Below are positions 10,284 to 18,291 of a stretch of 64,000 nucleotides of DNA, piece after piece. Below the pieces are notes generated by a model, which was given only the letters and a program-made list of their open reading frames with translations, ran no database searches and was not told where the DNA came from. Numbering within the stretch: the stretch's first letter is position 1; every line of letters begins with the position of its first letter. A program made the translations under genes and the position numbers. Source of the DNA: Candidatus Nomurabacteria bacterium (GTDB taxonomy: Bacteria; Patescibacteriota; Dojkabacteria; SC72; JAHDCA01); the NCBI GenBank assembly GCA_020632395.1, contig JACKFQ010000001.1, forward strand, positions 313,900 through 377,899, read 5' to 3'.

Positions 10284-11516
10284 ATGGACGATTTTTACAG
10301 TAGAGAGGACGATAGCTCGAAGAAGCATGAGATCATATTAAAAATGGATCTCCCTGCAGATGCATTTGCAAAATCATACGAACAACTTTTACAAACAAAA
10401 TCCAAAGATCTCAATCTAAAGGGTTTCAGAAAAGGGAAAACCCCAAAGGAGATGATCGAACCAAAAATGAGGGATCTGGTCCTAGCTGAAACATTTGAAA
10501 GGATCGCTCCATACTATGTAAATGCCGCGATCATAAAAGAAAAACTACAACCGGTAGCACCACCAGAATACCTAGATCTTGGAGAATTGAAAGTAGGAGA
10601 AGGTATCAAATTCACAGTAAAGGTTACAGTTATGCCTGACTTTGACCTTGCAGACACAAAAAAGATCAAGGTCGAACAGCAGAAACCCGATGTGAAAGAG
10701 ACAGAGATAGATCAGACACTTGAAACGATGTTCAAGAACAATGCCACAACACACGATCCCAAAAAAGAGGAGAAGCCGGATGACGAATGGGCACTCAGGA
10801 TAGCAAAGTTGTATCAATTCGATGATGTACGATCTTTAGCCGACTTAAGAGCAAAGATAAAAGAACTGATCATGCAACAGAAGAGAAGTATCTTGGATCA
10901 AAATGCTGCAAGTGATGCAATGCGCGAGGCTGTAAAGGTGTCCAAGATCGAAATACCCCAAGCAGCTATAGTATTTGAAGCACAACAACGTGAGGAAGCA
11001 TTTCAAAGAGACCTTGATGCGGCAAAAATGAGCATGCGTGATTTTCTTAAAGAAAGAGATCTCCGACACGAGGAGTTGAAGGAAATGTGGTTGAAGGATG
11101 CTAAAGAGGCACTAGAGAACGATGTTGTTCTAAGGATCTATGCAGACAAGAAAGATATCGTTATTGAAGCTGATGAGCTCAGGTCAGAGATAGAAGCTAT
11201 GAAGAAAGCTGCAGAAGCACAATATCGCCATGACCATGAAGGACATGATCATCCGATGGAATTCGATGAGAGCGCTTATGATGACCCACAATGGCAGGAA
11301 CAGATAAAAACCTATATGAGAAAACAGAAAGCATATCGACAATTTCTACAAGAAGTTTTCGGAGAAGATTTTTTTGGGAATGATGAAAAGAACGACCAGG
11401 AGAGTAAGAAAGCAACCACAAAAGGATCAAAGGTAGAAACAACGAAAAGCAAAGAGAAGAAACCGGAAACTTCGGATAAAGCCAAAAAAGACGTAACAAA
11501 GAAGAAAGCTAAGTAA
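10284..11516 (+). CDS. tig: Trigger factor (ribosome-associated chaperone)
   Basis: The N-terminal signature GFRKGKTP (GFRxGxxP ribosome-binding motif) is present. The gene lies immediately upstream of clpP in the conserved tig-clpP arrangement. It has a Lys-rich C-terminal tail. Confidence 0.8.
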   Translation: MDDFYSREDDSSKKHEIILKMDLPADAFAKSYEQLLQTKSKDLNLKGFRKGKTPKEMIEPKMRDLVLAETFERIAPYYVNAAIIKEKLQPVAPPEYLDLGELKVGEGIKFTVKVTVMPDFDLADTKKIKVEQQKPDVKETEIDQTLETMFKNNATTHDPKKEEKPDDEWALRIAKLYQFDDVRSLADLRAKIKELIMQQKRSILDQNAASDAMREAVKVSKIEIPQAAIVFEAQQREEAFQRDLDAAKMSMRDFLKERDLRHEELKEMWLKDAKEALENDVVLRIYADKKDIVIEADELRSEIEAMKKAAEAQYRHDHEGHDHPMEFDESAYDDPQWQEQIKTYMRKQKAYRQFLQEVFGEDFFGNDEKNDQESKKATTKGSKVETTKSKEKKPETSDKAKKDVTKKKAK

Positions 11517-11544
11517 GATAAATATAAAATTTTTAAATTAACCA

Positions 11545-12135
11545 ATGTTAATACCTACAGTCATCGAATCAGAAGCGAGAGGCGAGAGAGCATATGATAT
11601 ATATTCTCGCCTACTAAAAGACCGGATCGTCTTTGTAACAGATGTGATAGAAGTTAATATGGCCAATACAATAATTGCCCAATTACTATTCCTTGAAAAA
11701 GAAAATCCAAAACAGGACATCCAAATGTTCATAAATTCCCCAGGGGGTCAGATCACAGCAGGTATGGCGATCATTGATACAATGAACTATATTAGCTGTG
11801 ATGTATCGACCACATGTGTAGGGATGGCAGCTTCAATGGGAGCGGTATTATTATCAGCAGGAAAGAAGGGTAAAAGATTTGCGCTACCTCACAGTGAAAT
11901 TTTGATACATCAGCCCTTGACACCAGGTATCGAAGGTCAAGCCTCTGATATAGCAATACATGCAGAACATATGCTCAAGCAGAAACAGAGATTGTATGAG
12001 ATCCTATCAAAAGCATCTGGACAAAGTGTGAAAAAGATAGAGAAAGACGCAGATCGTGACCATTATATGACGGCAAAAGAAGCAGAGGAATACGGCCTGA
12101 TCGATCAAGTGGTTTCCAATAGGCAGGTAAAATAG
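11545..12135 (+). CDS. clpP: ATP-dependent Clp protease proteolytic subunit ClpP
   Basis: 196 aa. Contains [18 protein letters not shown], the catalytic Ser in GMAASMGA, and HSEILIHQP. Confidence 0.95.
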   Translation: MLIPTVIESEARGERAYDIYSRLLKDRIVFVTDVIEVNMANTIIAQLLFLEKENPKQDIQMFINSPGGQITAGMAIIDTMNYISCDVSTTCVGMAASMGAVLLSAGKKGKRFALPHSEILIHQPLTPGIEGQASDIAIHAEHMLKQKQRLYEILSKASGQSVKKIEKDADRDHYMTAKEAEEYGLIDQVVSNRQVK

Positions 12136-12457
12136 CAAGATTTGATCAGATAATTAGCCACTCAACACATCTGATACACAAGTCGTAAACATCTTCGACC
12201 GACCATATTGTCAGCTTTCCTACATTATTGTCCGCTTTCTTAAGTTTATTATGAACAAAACTGAATCCCCCATGCATTAGCTTGGGAATTATCATTGGGT
12301 CTCGCGAAGCGAAACGCTAGTCTAGTAGGGCTGTTGAATAACAAAAATGTCCAGACCATAAGATCGAGGGATTATTATTCTCCATAATTGAGAACCTCTT
12401 TCATTAGGCTGACAGTTGAATAATAATAATTATCCGTATAAAATATCCGTCAGTTAT

Positions 12458-12534
12458 GGGCGATTAGCTCAGCTGGTTAGAGCACTACAATGACACTGTA
12501 GGGGTCACAGGTTCGAGTCCTGTATCGCCCACCA
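12458..12534 (+). tRNA. tRNA-Val (anticodon GAC)
   Basis: A cloverleaf can be drawn. The acceptor stem GGGCGAT pairs with ATCGCCC. D-arm GCTCAGCTGGTTAGAGC. Anticodon stem CTACA/TGTAG with loop ATGACAC. T-arm GGTTCGAGTCC. 3' CCA is encoded. Confidence 0.85.
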
Positions 12535-12541
12535 TGTAAAC

Positions 12542-12564
12542 CCCCACCGAAAGGTGGGGTTTTA
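12542..12564 (+). terminator. Rho-independent terminator after tRNA-Val
   Basis: Hairpin CCCCACC-GAAA-GGTGGGG followed by TTTTA. The U-tract end is the IS insertion target. Confidence 0.5.
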
Positions 12565-13568
12565 GGCTTAATTGTATTTTTGTGGTGCTAAAAAGCGTAG
12601 TTTACTGTATATTACAGCCAAAACTAATGAGTTATTAACTATGCGAAATAAAAATGTACTAAATGTGGGGACAAAAATACAAAGAAAGATGGCTTAGATC
12701 GTCATGGGAAACAACGTTACAAATGCAAAGATTGTGGAATCAGATTTCAAAACAAACCTCGTAAAACAACAAGCATCTTAGATCAATACGTCTTCGGTAA
12801 ACAAACATACAAGCAACTAGAACTAAACCCAAGAACAATACAAAAAGAGATAGACCAAATAACTTTCGACTTTCCTGAATTAATACCTAGAACCTGTGTA
12901 ATCTCTTTCGACACGACTTGGTTTGGCGATCTAGGAGTTAGTGTATGTAGGGATATAACTAACAAGGAGAACTTACTGTGGGTATTCGTAGAAAGAGAAA
13001 AACAAGATCCATATGACTACATGTATAAGAAATTAATTGAGAAAGGTTTTAGTATCTTAGGGATTGTTGTAGATGGCAGAAGATCCTTCTACAACAGCTT
13101 TGGTACTACTCCAATACAGATGTGTCACTTTCATATGGCTAAGATATTAGCCAGGTATTTAACTAGGCATCCTAACCTCCAAGTAAATATAGATTTATGG
13201 AATATCTGGTACAAAATAGAAACATTAACTCCATACCAATTACATAAAGAGTTGTTTAATTGGTATAGGGTTTATGCAGATGAGCTTGTACAAGGATATA
13301 TAGATCCAAGAGACAACAGATGGAGATATACTAAAGAGAGAACCGTAAAAGCATACCAGAGTTTACTCAGATTCACACAGTATTTATTTGTGTATAAGAC
13401 ATCCAAATGGATCCCGAGCACGAATAATTCAACAGAGGGCATGTTTAGTCAAATGAAGAGGAAAATTAACATCCATAATGGACTAACACTTGGGAGAAAG
13501 ATGAGAATTGTTCACTACTATTTACTAAATAACAGACCCCAATAGCACCACAAAAATACAATTAAGCC
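12565..13568 (+). mobile_element. IS1595-family-like insertion sequence (1004 bp) with perfect 25 bp terminal inverted repeats and an 8 bp target-site duplication
   Basis: Left IR GGCTTAATTGTATTTTTGTGGTGCT at 12565-12589 is the exact reverse complement of 13544-13568. Flanking 8 bp direct repeats GGGTTTTA lie at 12557-12564 and 13569-13576. It encodes a zinc-ribbon plus DDE transposase. Confidence 0.8.
12652..13545 (+). CDS. IS1595/ISXO2-like transposase (zinc-ribbon N-terminus plus DDE domain). The start region is frame-disrupted.
   Basis: Single open frame: KCTKCGDKNTKKDGLDRHGKQRYKCKDCG (zinc ribbon) ... ISFDTTWFG ... VVDGRRSF ... QMCHFH ... TNNSTEGMFSQMKRKI ... LLNNRPQ (ISXO2-like ending). 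The only ATG (12641) is in another frame, separated by an A5 run. A TAA at 12649-12651 precedes the zinc-ribbon frame. Confidence 0.7.
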   Translation, partial: KCTKCGDKNTKKDGLDRHGKQRYKCKDCGIRFQNKPRKTTSILDQYVFGKQTYKQLELNPRTIQKEIDQITFDFPELIPRTCVISFDTTWFGDLGVSVCRDITNKENLLWVFVEREKQDPYDYMYKKLIEKGFSILGIVVDGRRSFYNSFGTTPIQMCHFHMAKILARYLTRHPNLQVNIDLWNIWYKIETLTPYQLHKELFNWYRVYADELVQGYIDPRDNRWRYTKERTVKAYQSLLRFTQYLFVYKTSKWIPSTNNSTEGMFSQMKRKINIHNGLTLGRKMRIVHYYLLNNRPQ

Positions 13569-13871
13569 GGGTTTTACATGGTCTGGGTGGTCGGGAATCA
13601 ATCTCACACGAAGTGTGTGGTTCGCATACATGTGGCACATACCTCCACATGTATCTAGCGAGGGGAGCGAAGCGACCCGAGCGTTGCCCCTGTATCGCCT
13701 AGTATTAAAACTCGAAATATATCGATCATTTAATGACGGTGGGTATATCAAAATTGCTGATTGTGATCCGAAACCACCAGCGTATGTTTATGAGATATGT
13801 AATTCTCCAATTTCGTCATCAGATCATAGATCCTATATCGAGATCACAGACGATACCTCAGAATATCTTTA

Positions 13872-14522
13872 CTACTGATCGATACTCAACTGAACATTCT
13901 CTCTCAAGAACCATTCTCCGTAATTCTCCACAAACCTATACACACAGTAGGCTAACATGATCCCACCAGCAATATCTATCGTCCAATGTCCCCAAGAGAG
14001 ATCCATCGATATCACCTCGATCAGACCATTTAGCAGAGCAAGTGTTCTAAGTGTTTTGTACTTGGGAGGTATCACAAAGAATACGATAAATACAAATGCT
14101 GTATGACCTGATGGAAACATACCTGCTTGATGAAAATATTTTTTTAGGATCCCATGAGATATCTCATTTCCGAGTGGTTTTCCGAGTGGGGTGGCTATGT
14201 TCAATATCGCGCGAACACAATACATCACTCCAAATGATGCCATGATCTTGTAGATTTGTTCCGGAGCTTTTCGTATATAGCTAATCAATAGGAAAAATGC
14301 TACCAATACGCCGATATCAGCTACGATCTCTAGAGATTGGATGTATGGCAGGAATTCATGTATAAGGTCTACTGCAGATGCTCTAGATGGATAGTACATA
14401 TCGATCATATAGCTGGTAAATCTTGAACTCACAAACCCAAGCAACAGAAGTAGCAACGCCACAAAGAACTGTTTCGTTTCTTTTTCTCTATTTCGCATAA
14501 AAAAACTGTACCAGAAGAACAT
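13872..14522 (-). CDS. PAP2-superfamily membrane phosphatase-like protein
   Basis: 216 aa polytopic. The motifs KPLGNE ... PSGHTAFVF ... resemble the PAP2 KxxxxxxRP / PSGH signature boxes. Confidence 0.5.
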   Translation of the reverse strand: MFFWYSFFMRNREKETKQFFVALLLLLLGFVSSRFTSYMIDMYYPSRASAVDLIHEFLPYIQSLEIVADIGVLVAFFLLISYIRKAPEQIYKIMASFGVMYCVRAILNIATPLGKPLGNEISHGILKKYFHQAGMFPSGHTAFVFIVFFVIPPKYKTLRTLALLNGLIEVISMDLSWGHWTIDIAGGIMLAYCVYRFVENYGEWFLRENVQLSIDQ

Positions 14523-14594
14523 CAGTAAATAAAGAATGTCTAATCTATAGACAGTGCTATATCTTTCCTACATGTTGTATAATTTCACACATAC

Positions 14595-14671
14595 GGGCGT
14601 TTAGCTCAGCTGGTTAGAGCGCTACAATCACACTGTAGAGGTCGTAGGTTCGAGTCCTTCAACGCCCACCA
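14595..14671 (+). tRNA. tRNA-Val (anticodon CAC)
   Basis: Acceptor stem GGGCGTT pairs with AACGCCC. D-arm GCTCAGCTGGTTAGAGC. Anticodon loop ATCACAC. T-loop TTCGAGT. CCA encoded. Confidence 0.8.
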
Positions 14672-14792
14672 AAAGAGTAGGGGTGCTGATCCCTACAAGG
14701 CATCTCTCCCATACTGCCTCCTTGCCTTCAGGATCGGTTTCTATATATCATAAACCGTTTACGACACCCAGAATTAATTAACACCCAATCCA

Positions 14793-15359
14793 ATGATTCC
14801 AGATATTAAAGAATTGTCCGTAAAAACTGAGATTCAAAACTACATCACCCGTGAGGTAGGGATCCTAGAGCCTTTAGATGACGACTGTGATGTAACAGCA
14901 AAAGACATTCAGCAGATAGCAACTATTTGTAATTCCCCAACAGTTTTCGATATGTTATTTGCTGATCTAAGCGCTTTTAAAGGTCGAAGGTACGGCCCTG
15001 AAGATGCCGACTTCTTTGTCAGCAAAAAGAGTAGGGCGGAATGGCGCGATGTGAAGGCATTTGTGTATGTCGCAAGGAACTCGAACGGCCAGATAGTTTG
15101 TGCTGTAGATATTAAGTCACCGGAAATTCAAGATGCCGAGATAGGTTATTGGGCGGATCCAGATAACCCAGGATGGATGACTAATTCAGTGATCGCCTTG
15201 ACAAGAATTGCAAAGAAGGCAGGATTTAAAAGGTTGTTTGGTCTGGTTCGTCTAGGCAATGTTCGTTCAGAAAAAGTTTTGTCTAATGCCGGTTTTACAC
15301 TAGTAGGAGAAGTTATGACGAATGACATCCAGTACAACAGATATGAAATGCTTTTGTAA
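14793..15359 (+). CDS. GNAT family N-acetyltransferase
   Basis: 188 aa. C-terminal GNVRSEKVLSNAGFTLVGE is the typical GNAT motif D region. An acetyl-CoA-binding-like segment lies upstream. Confidence 0.65.
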   Translation: MIPDIKELSVKTEIQNYITREVGILEPLDDDCDVTAKDIQQIATICNSPTVFDMLFADLSAFKGRRYGPEDADFFVSKKSRAEWRDVKAFVYVARNSNGQIVCAVDIKSPEIQDAEIGYWADPDNPGWMTNSVIALTRIAKKAGFKRLFGLVRLGNVRSEKVLSNAGFTLVGEVMTNDIQYNRYEMLL

Positions 15360-15664
15360 GAATGATCTTTTTGGTGTGGCCTCAAATTTTCAATCGTTAC
15401 CTAAATCCTTCAACAAATATCTTCCTTAAATGATCGTCGTACCTGATCCATTAATTCTAAATAGCAACGTCGCAAACAAATATGACTGATATAACGACAT
15501 AATCCCAATCCCCAACACACTAATTCGCATTTTTTACCGCGAAGTAATAGATAAAAGATACGATATATCCGTATCCAGCAAAAAAACTTACTATCAGAAG
15601 TATCAGCCAAATATCTCTATCTTTAAAATCTCTATTGTAACAATCAAACAACATCCAAACATGA

Positions 15665-16210
15665 ATTGAGCCGACTCCCTCGGCATGAATGCCGGGGATT
15701 CCGGCTAGGGGTGTCATTTTAGGATTGTGAAGAAATGTACCTTTTTACCACCCCCTCTTCTATCTCACCTACTGTTACTGCAAAATAGCCGTCACACCAA
15801 AAGCTATCCCCCCATAGAAACTCATCTAGGTCTGGATACTCTTGTTTTAATAATCGACTACTCACACCTTTAATCTTATGCATTACCGATGATAAACTCT
15901 CTCGTGGTTTAATTTGGATTAACATATGAACATGATCAGTCTTGATTGCTAATTCCTCTATCCACCATTTATTTAGTTTACAACCTTCATACAATATCTC
16001 TGTTAAGCGTGTTGATATATCCTTACGAAGGATGTTCTTTCTCCTTTTGGGTATCCAGACTACATGATACCGAAGTCTGTGTTTTGTGTGAGATCCGCTC
16101 CAATATTTCTTCACATCCTAATTATGACACTTCGCTCAGACGCCCTCAACAATGCTACGCCTTGTTGTGGATCAGTTCGCTTCATCCCCAGTCTTAAAAG
16201 ACTTGGGGTA
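15665..16210 (-). mobile_element. IS200-like element (tnpA only). Boundaries are approximate.
   Basis: The tnpA gene is flanked by subterminal hairpins: CCCCAGTCTTAAAAGACTTGGGG at 16187-16208 and GCCGGGGATTCCGGC at 15691-15705. No tnpB. Confidence 0.45.
15719..16114 (-). CDS. IS200/IS605-family Y1 (HuH) transposase TnpA
   Basis: 131 aa. HuH motif HVHMLIQIKP and catalytic Tyr region WCDGYFAVTVG. The size is typical of IS200 TnpA. Confidence 0.85.
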   Translation of the reverse strand: MKKYWSGSHTKHRLRYHVVWIPKRRKNILRKDISTRLTEILYEGCKLNKWWIEELAIKTDHVHMLIQIKPRESLSSVMHKIKGVSSRLLKQEYPDLDEFLWGDSFWCDGYFAVTVGEIEEGVVKRYISSQS

Positions 16211-16336
16211 TTCGCGTCGACTCAATAAAGATAGCACAACGACAACCAAAAATATCAAATAAATGAATATCACAGTAAATATCACAGGGGAAAACAACAA
16301 GAAAAGTGACAAAATAAAATCCATAACAGACACTAC

Positions 16337-17308
16337 TCAACTTATATGATCTTGGAGTGTCCTCTCCATTTCATGGAGATCCTTGGAGTGGAGGAGTTTG
16401 TCACGTAGTAGTGAACCCCCCGGAATATCACGTACATAGATCTTCATGAATCTTTTTAGTATATCAGCGTTCTTTCGCTCTTCCCAATACTCACCAAACG
16501 ACCGTATGTGCTGAAGCCCCAACCGCAGTAGCTCATCCGACCGCTGTACATCATCCGGCCCTTGATCGGAAAAGATCCATGGATCCTGAAATATCCCACG
16601 ACCTATCATTATACCGTCTACACCGTATTTTGCAGGATAGGTGAGTAGTTGTTCTCTGGTTGAGACATCACCATTACCGATGATCAATGTTTGCGGAGCT
16701 ATACTATCGCGTATCTTTACTGCTTTTGCGATCTCGTCCCAGTTAGCTACTCCTTTTGACTGTTGTATGACACTCCTTCCGTGTATTGCTAATGCTGACA
16801 GGTTATATTCCAATAGGAAACTGATCCAATCTTCTGTCTCTATCTTTGAGAATCCCAACCTTGTCTTAACTGACACTGACTTACCTGAAGAATTTTCTTG
16901 TGTAGCTCTTATGATCTCAGTCGCCAGACCACGATCTTTCATCAATGCAGAGCAACAGCCCTGCTTGATGACTTTTTTCACTGCACAACCCATATTTATA
17001 TCGATACCATCAAAACCGAGATCGATAGCATACTTCGAACCAAAAGCGTACGCCTCAGGGTCTTTTCCCCAGATCTGCGCTATGATGGGGTGCTCAACTG
17101 GATCAAATTCTAGACGATGGTGTACTTTTTCACGCCCATGTTCAGATCTTAGCCCTTCCGAACTAGTAAATTCTGTGTAGAACAGATCCGGTCTGCCGAT
17201 TCCAATGATCAATCTACGAAAAACCGTATCTGTAACATCTTCCATAGGTGCTAGTACAGTGAACGGTTTTGGTAATCTTTCCCAGATTGAGGTAGAAGAA
17301 GGTCGCAT
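16337..17308 (-). CDS. tRNA-dihydrouridine synthase (Dus family)
   Basis: VLAPMEDVTDTVFR, DINMGCAVKKVIKQGCCSALM (catalytic Cys loop), FMN-binding TIM-barrel pattern. The likely start is the internal Met (MRPSSTS) at 17308. The 17401 start would overlap the upstream gene by 89 nt. Confidence 0.85.
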   Translation of the reverse strand: MRPSSTSIWERLPKPFTVLAPMEDVTDTVFRRLIIGIGRPDLFYTEFTSSEGLRSEHGREKVHHRLEFDPVEHPIIAQIWGKDPEAYAFGSKYAIDLGFDGIDINMGCAVKKVIKQGCCSALMKDRGLATEIIRATQENSSGKSVSVKTRLGFSKIETEDWISFLLEYNLSALAIHGRSVIQQSKGVANWDEIAKAVKIRDSIAPQTLIIGNGDVSTREQLLTYPAKYGVDGIMIGRGIFQDPWIFSDQGPDDVQRSDELLRLGLQHIRSFGEYWEERKNADILKRFMKIYVRDIPGGSLLRDKLLHSKDLHEMERTLQDHIS

Positions 17309-17312
17309 ACGA

Positions 17313-17774
17313 TCAGATATCAAGTTCAATTGCACCTGTGATCTCAACAAGTCTGGAGTAGGGTACCCGAAAGACGGAGTTACCTGATCCAGCAGCTGCA
17401 ATTACATCAGCATCCCTGCTAAAACCACTAAGTATATACGTAACAACTTTCGTAACATGCCCAAGTGGAGGTACTCCTCCGATCGAATATCCTGTAAGAC
17501 TTTTCACCTCATCAGGCGTAGCCATGCGACAATTCTGACCAAGAAATTTAGTCAATCTTTCAAGATCTAAACGTCTATCACCTGGTACAAGACATATACA
17601 GAATTCGAGAGGTTCTCCATATGCAACTAGAAGCGATTTCACGATCGAAGAGACATGGACTCCGTTTGCTTTGGCAGCTGACTCTGCTGTCCTAGTTTCT
17701 TGATCTAGCTCTACGATATCAATACCCTCAAGCTTGTTATCGGAAACATATTGTTTGAATTGTTGTACTGACAT
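17313..17774 (-). CDS. YbaK/ProX-like aminoacyl-tRNA deacylase domain protein
   Basis: 153 aa. The GYSIGGVPPLG motif and overall pattern resemble the YbaK/EbsC editing domain. Confidence 0.55.
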   Translation of the reverse strand: MSVQQFKQYVSDNKLEGIDIVELDQETRTAESAAKANGVHVSSIVKSLLVAYGEPLEFCICLVPGDRRLDLERLTKFLGQNCRMATPDEVKSLTGYSIGGVPPLGHVTKVVTYILSGFSRDADVIAAAGSGNSVFRVPYSRLVEITGAIELDI

Positions 17775-17871
17775 TTCAGGGATTATATCCTTTTGACGGC
17801 AATTATTGTAGTTATTCCAATATGAACGGAAATTAAGTAAAATCTATTGGGTTTATTGTTAAAAAAAATAT

Positions 17872-18291
17872 ATGGAATCTGCCCAAGCAAACAAACAGAT
17901 CTTAACGAATTTACCTCCGGTATTCCTGAGTTTTGAGCTGGATAGAGAACCTAGCCTCTCAAAATTGATCTCTATGTTCTTTTCAGACTTCTTCGACTGG
18001 TGGTACATAAAGATGCCCTTACTATTGAGCAAATATGCTTCACGAGTATTTGAGGTAGTTGTCGATCAAACCTCTGTTTTTCTATTGATGAAGACCTTTT
18101 TTGTACCATGGCACCGAGATACTAAACCGGTAGGCTACTTTATGGGAATTGTCATGAGGATCCTTTACATTCCGATTGGTCTAATAATGGTTTTACTCTC
18201 CTTTGTCCTTGCATACGGTAGTGTAATTGCGTGGCTGATCATTCCCTTACTTGCCGTTGTTATGCTTATACTTACTCCATTTCTAGGCTGA
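17872..18291 (+). CDS. Small integral membrane protein, translationally coupled to the downstream AAA+ ATPase
   Basis: 139 aa with 2-3 TM helices. The stop TGA overlaps the downstream ATG (ATGA). Confidence 0.4.
   Translation: MESAQANKQILTNLPPVFLSFELDREPSLSKLISMFFSDFFDWWYIKMPLLLSKYASRVFEVVVDQTSVFLLMKTFFVPWHRDTKPVGYFMGIVMRILYIPIGLIMVLLSFVLAYGSVIAWLIIPLLAVVMLILTPFLG

Noticed and set aside
13680-13700. 11 nt match (CCTGTATCGCC) to the 3' end of tRNA-Val(GAC) about 1.1 kb downstream, as a possible att-site duplicate of an integrated element
   Set aside because: It is too short, and the surrounding sequence does not continue the tRNA. The intervening DNA is fully explained by the IS with its own 8 bp TSD. 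Most likely a chance match.
16337-17401. Dus start at 17401, overlapping ybaK by 89 nt
   Set aside because: The internal Met at 17308 sits just after the ybaK stop, and the conserved Dus core begins shortly downstream. The upstream 31 codons are probably not translated.
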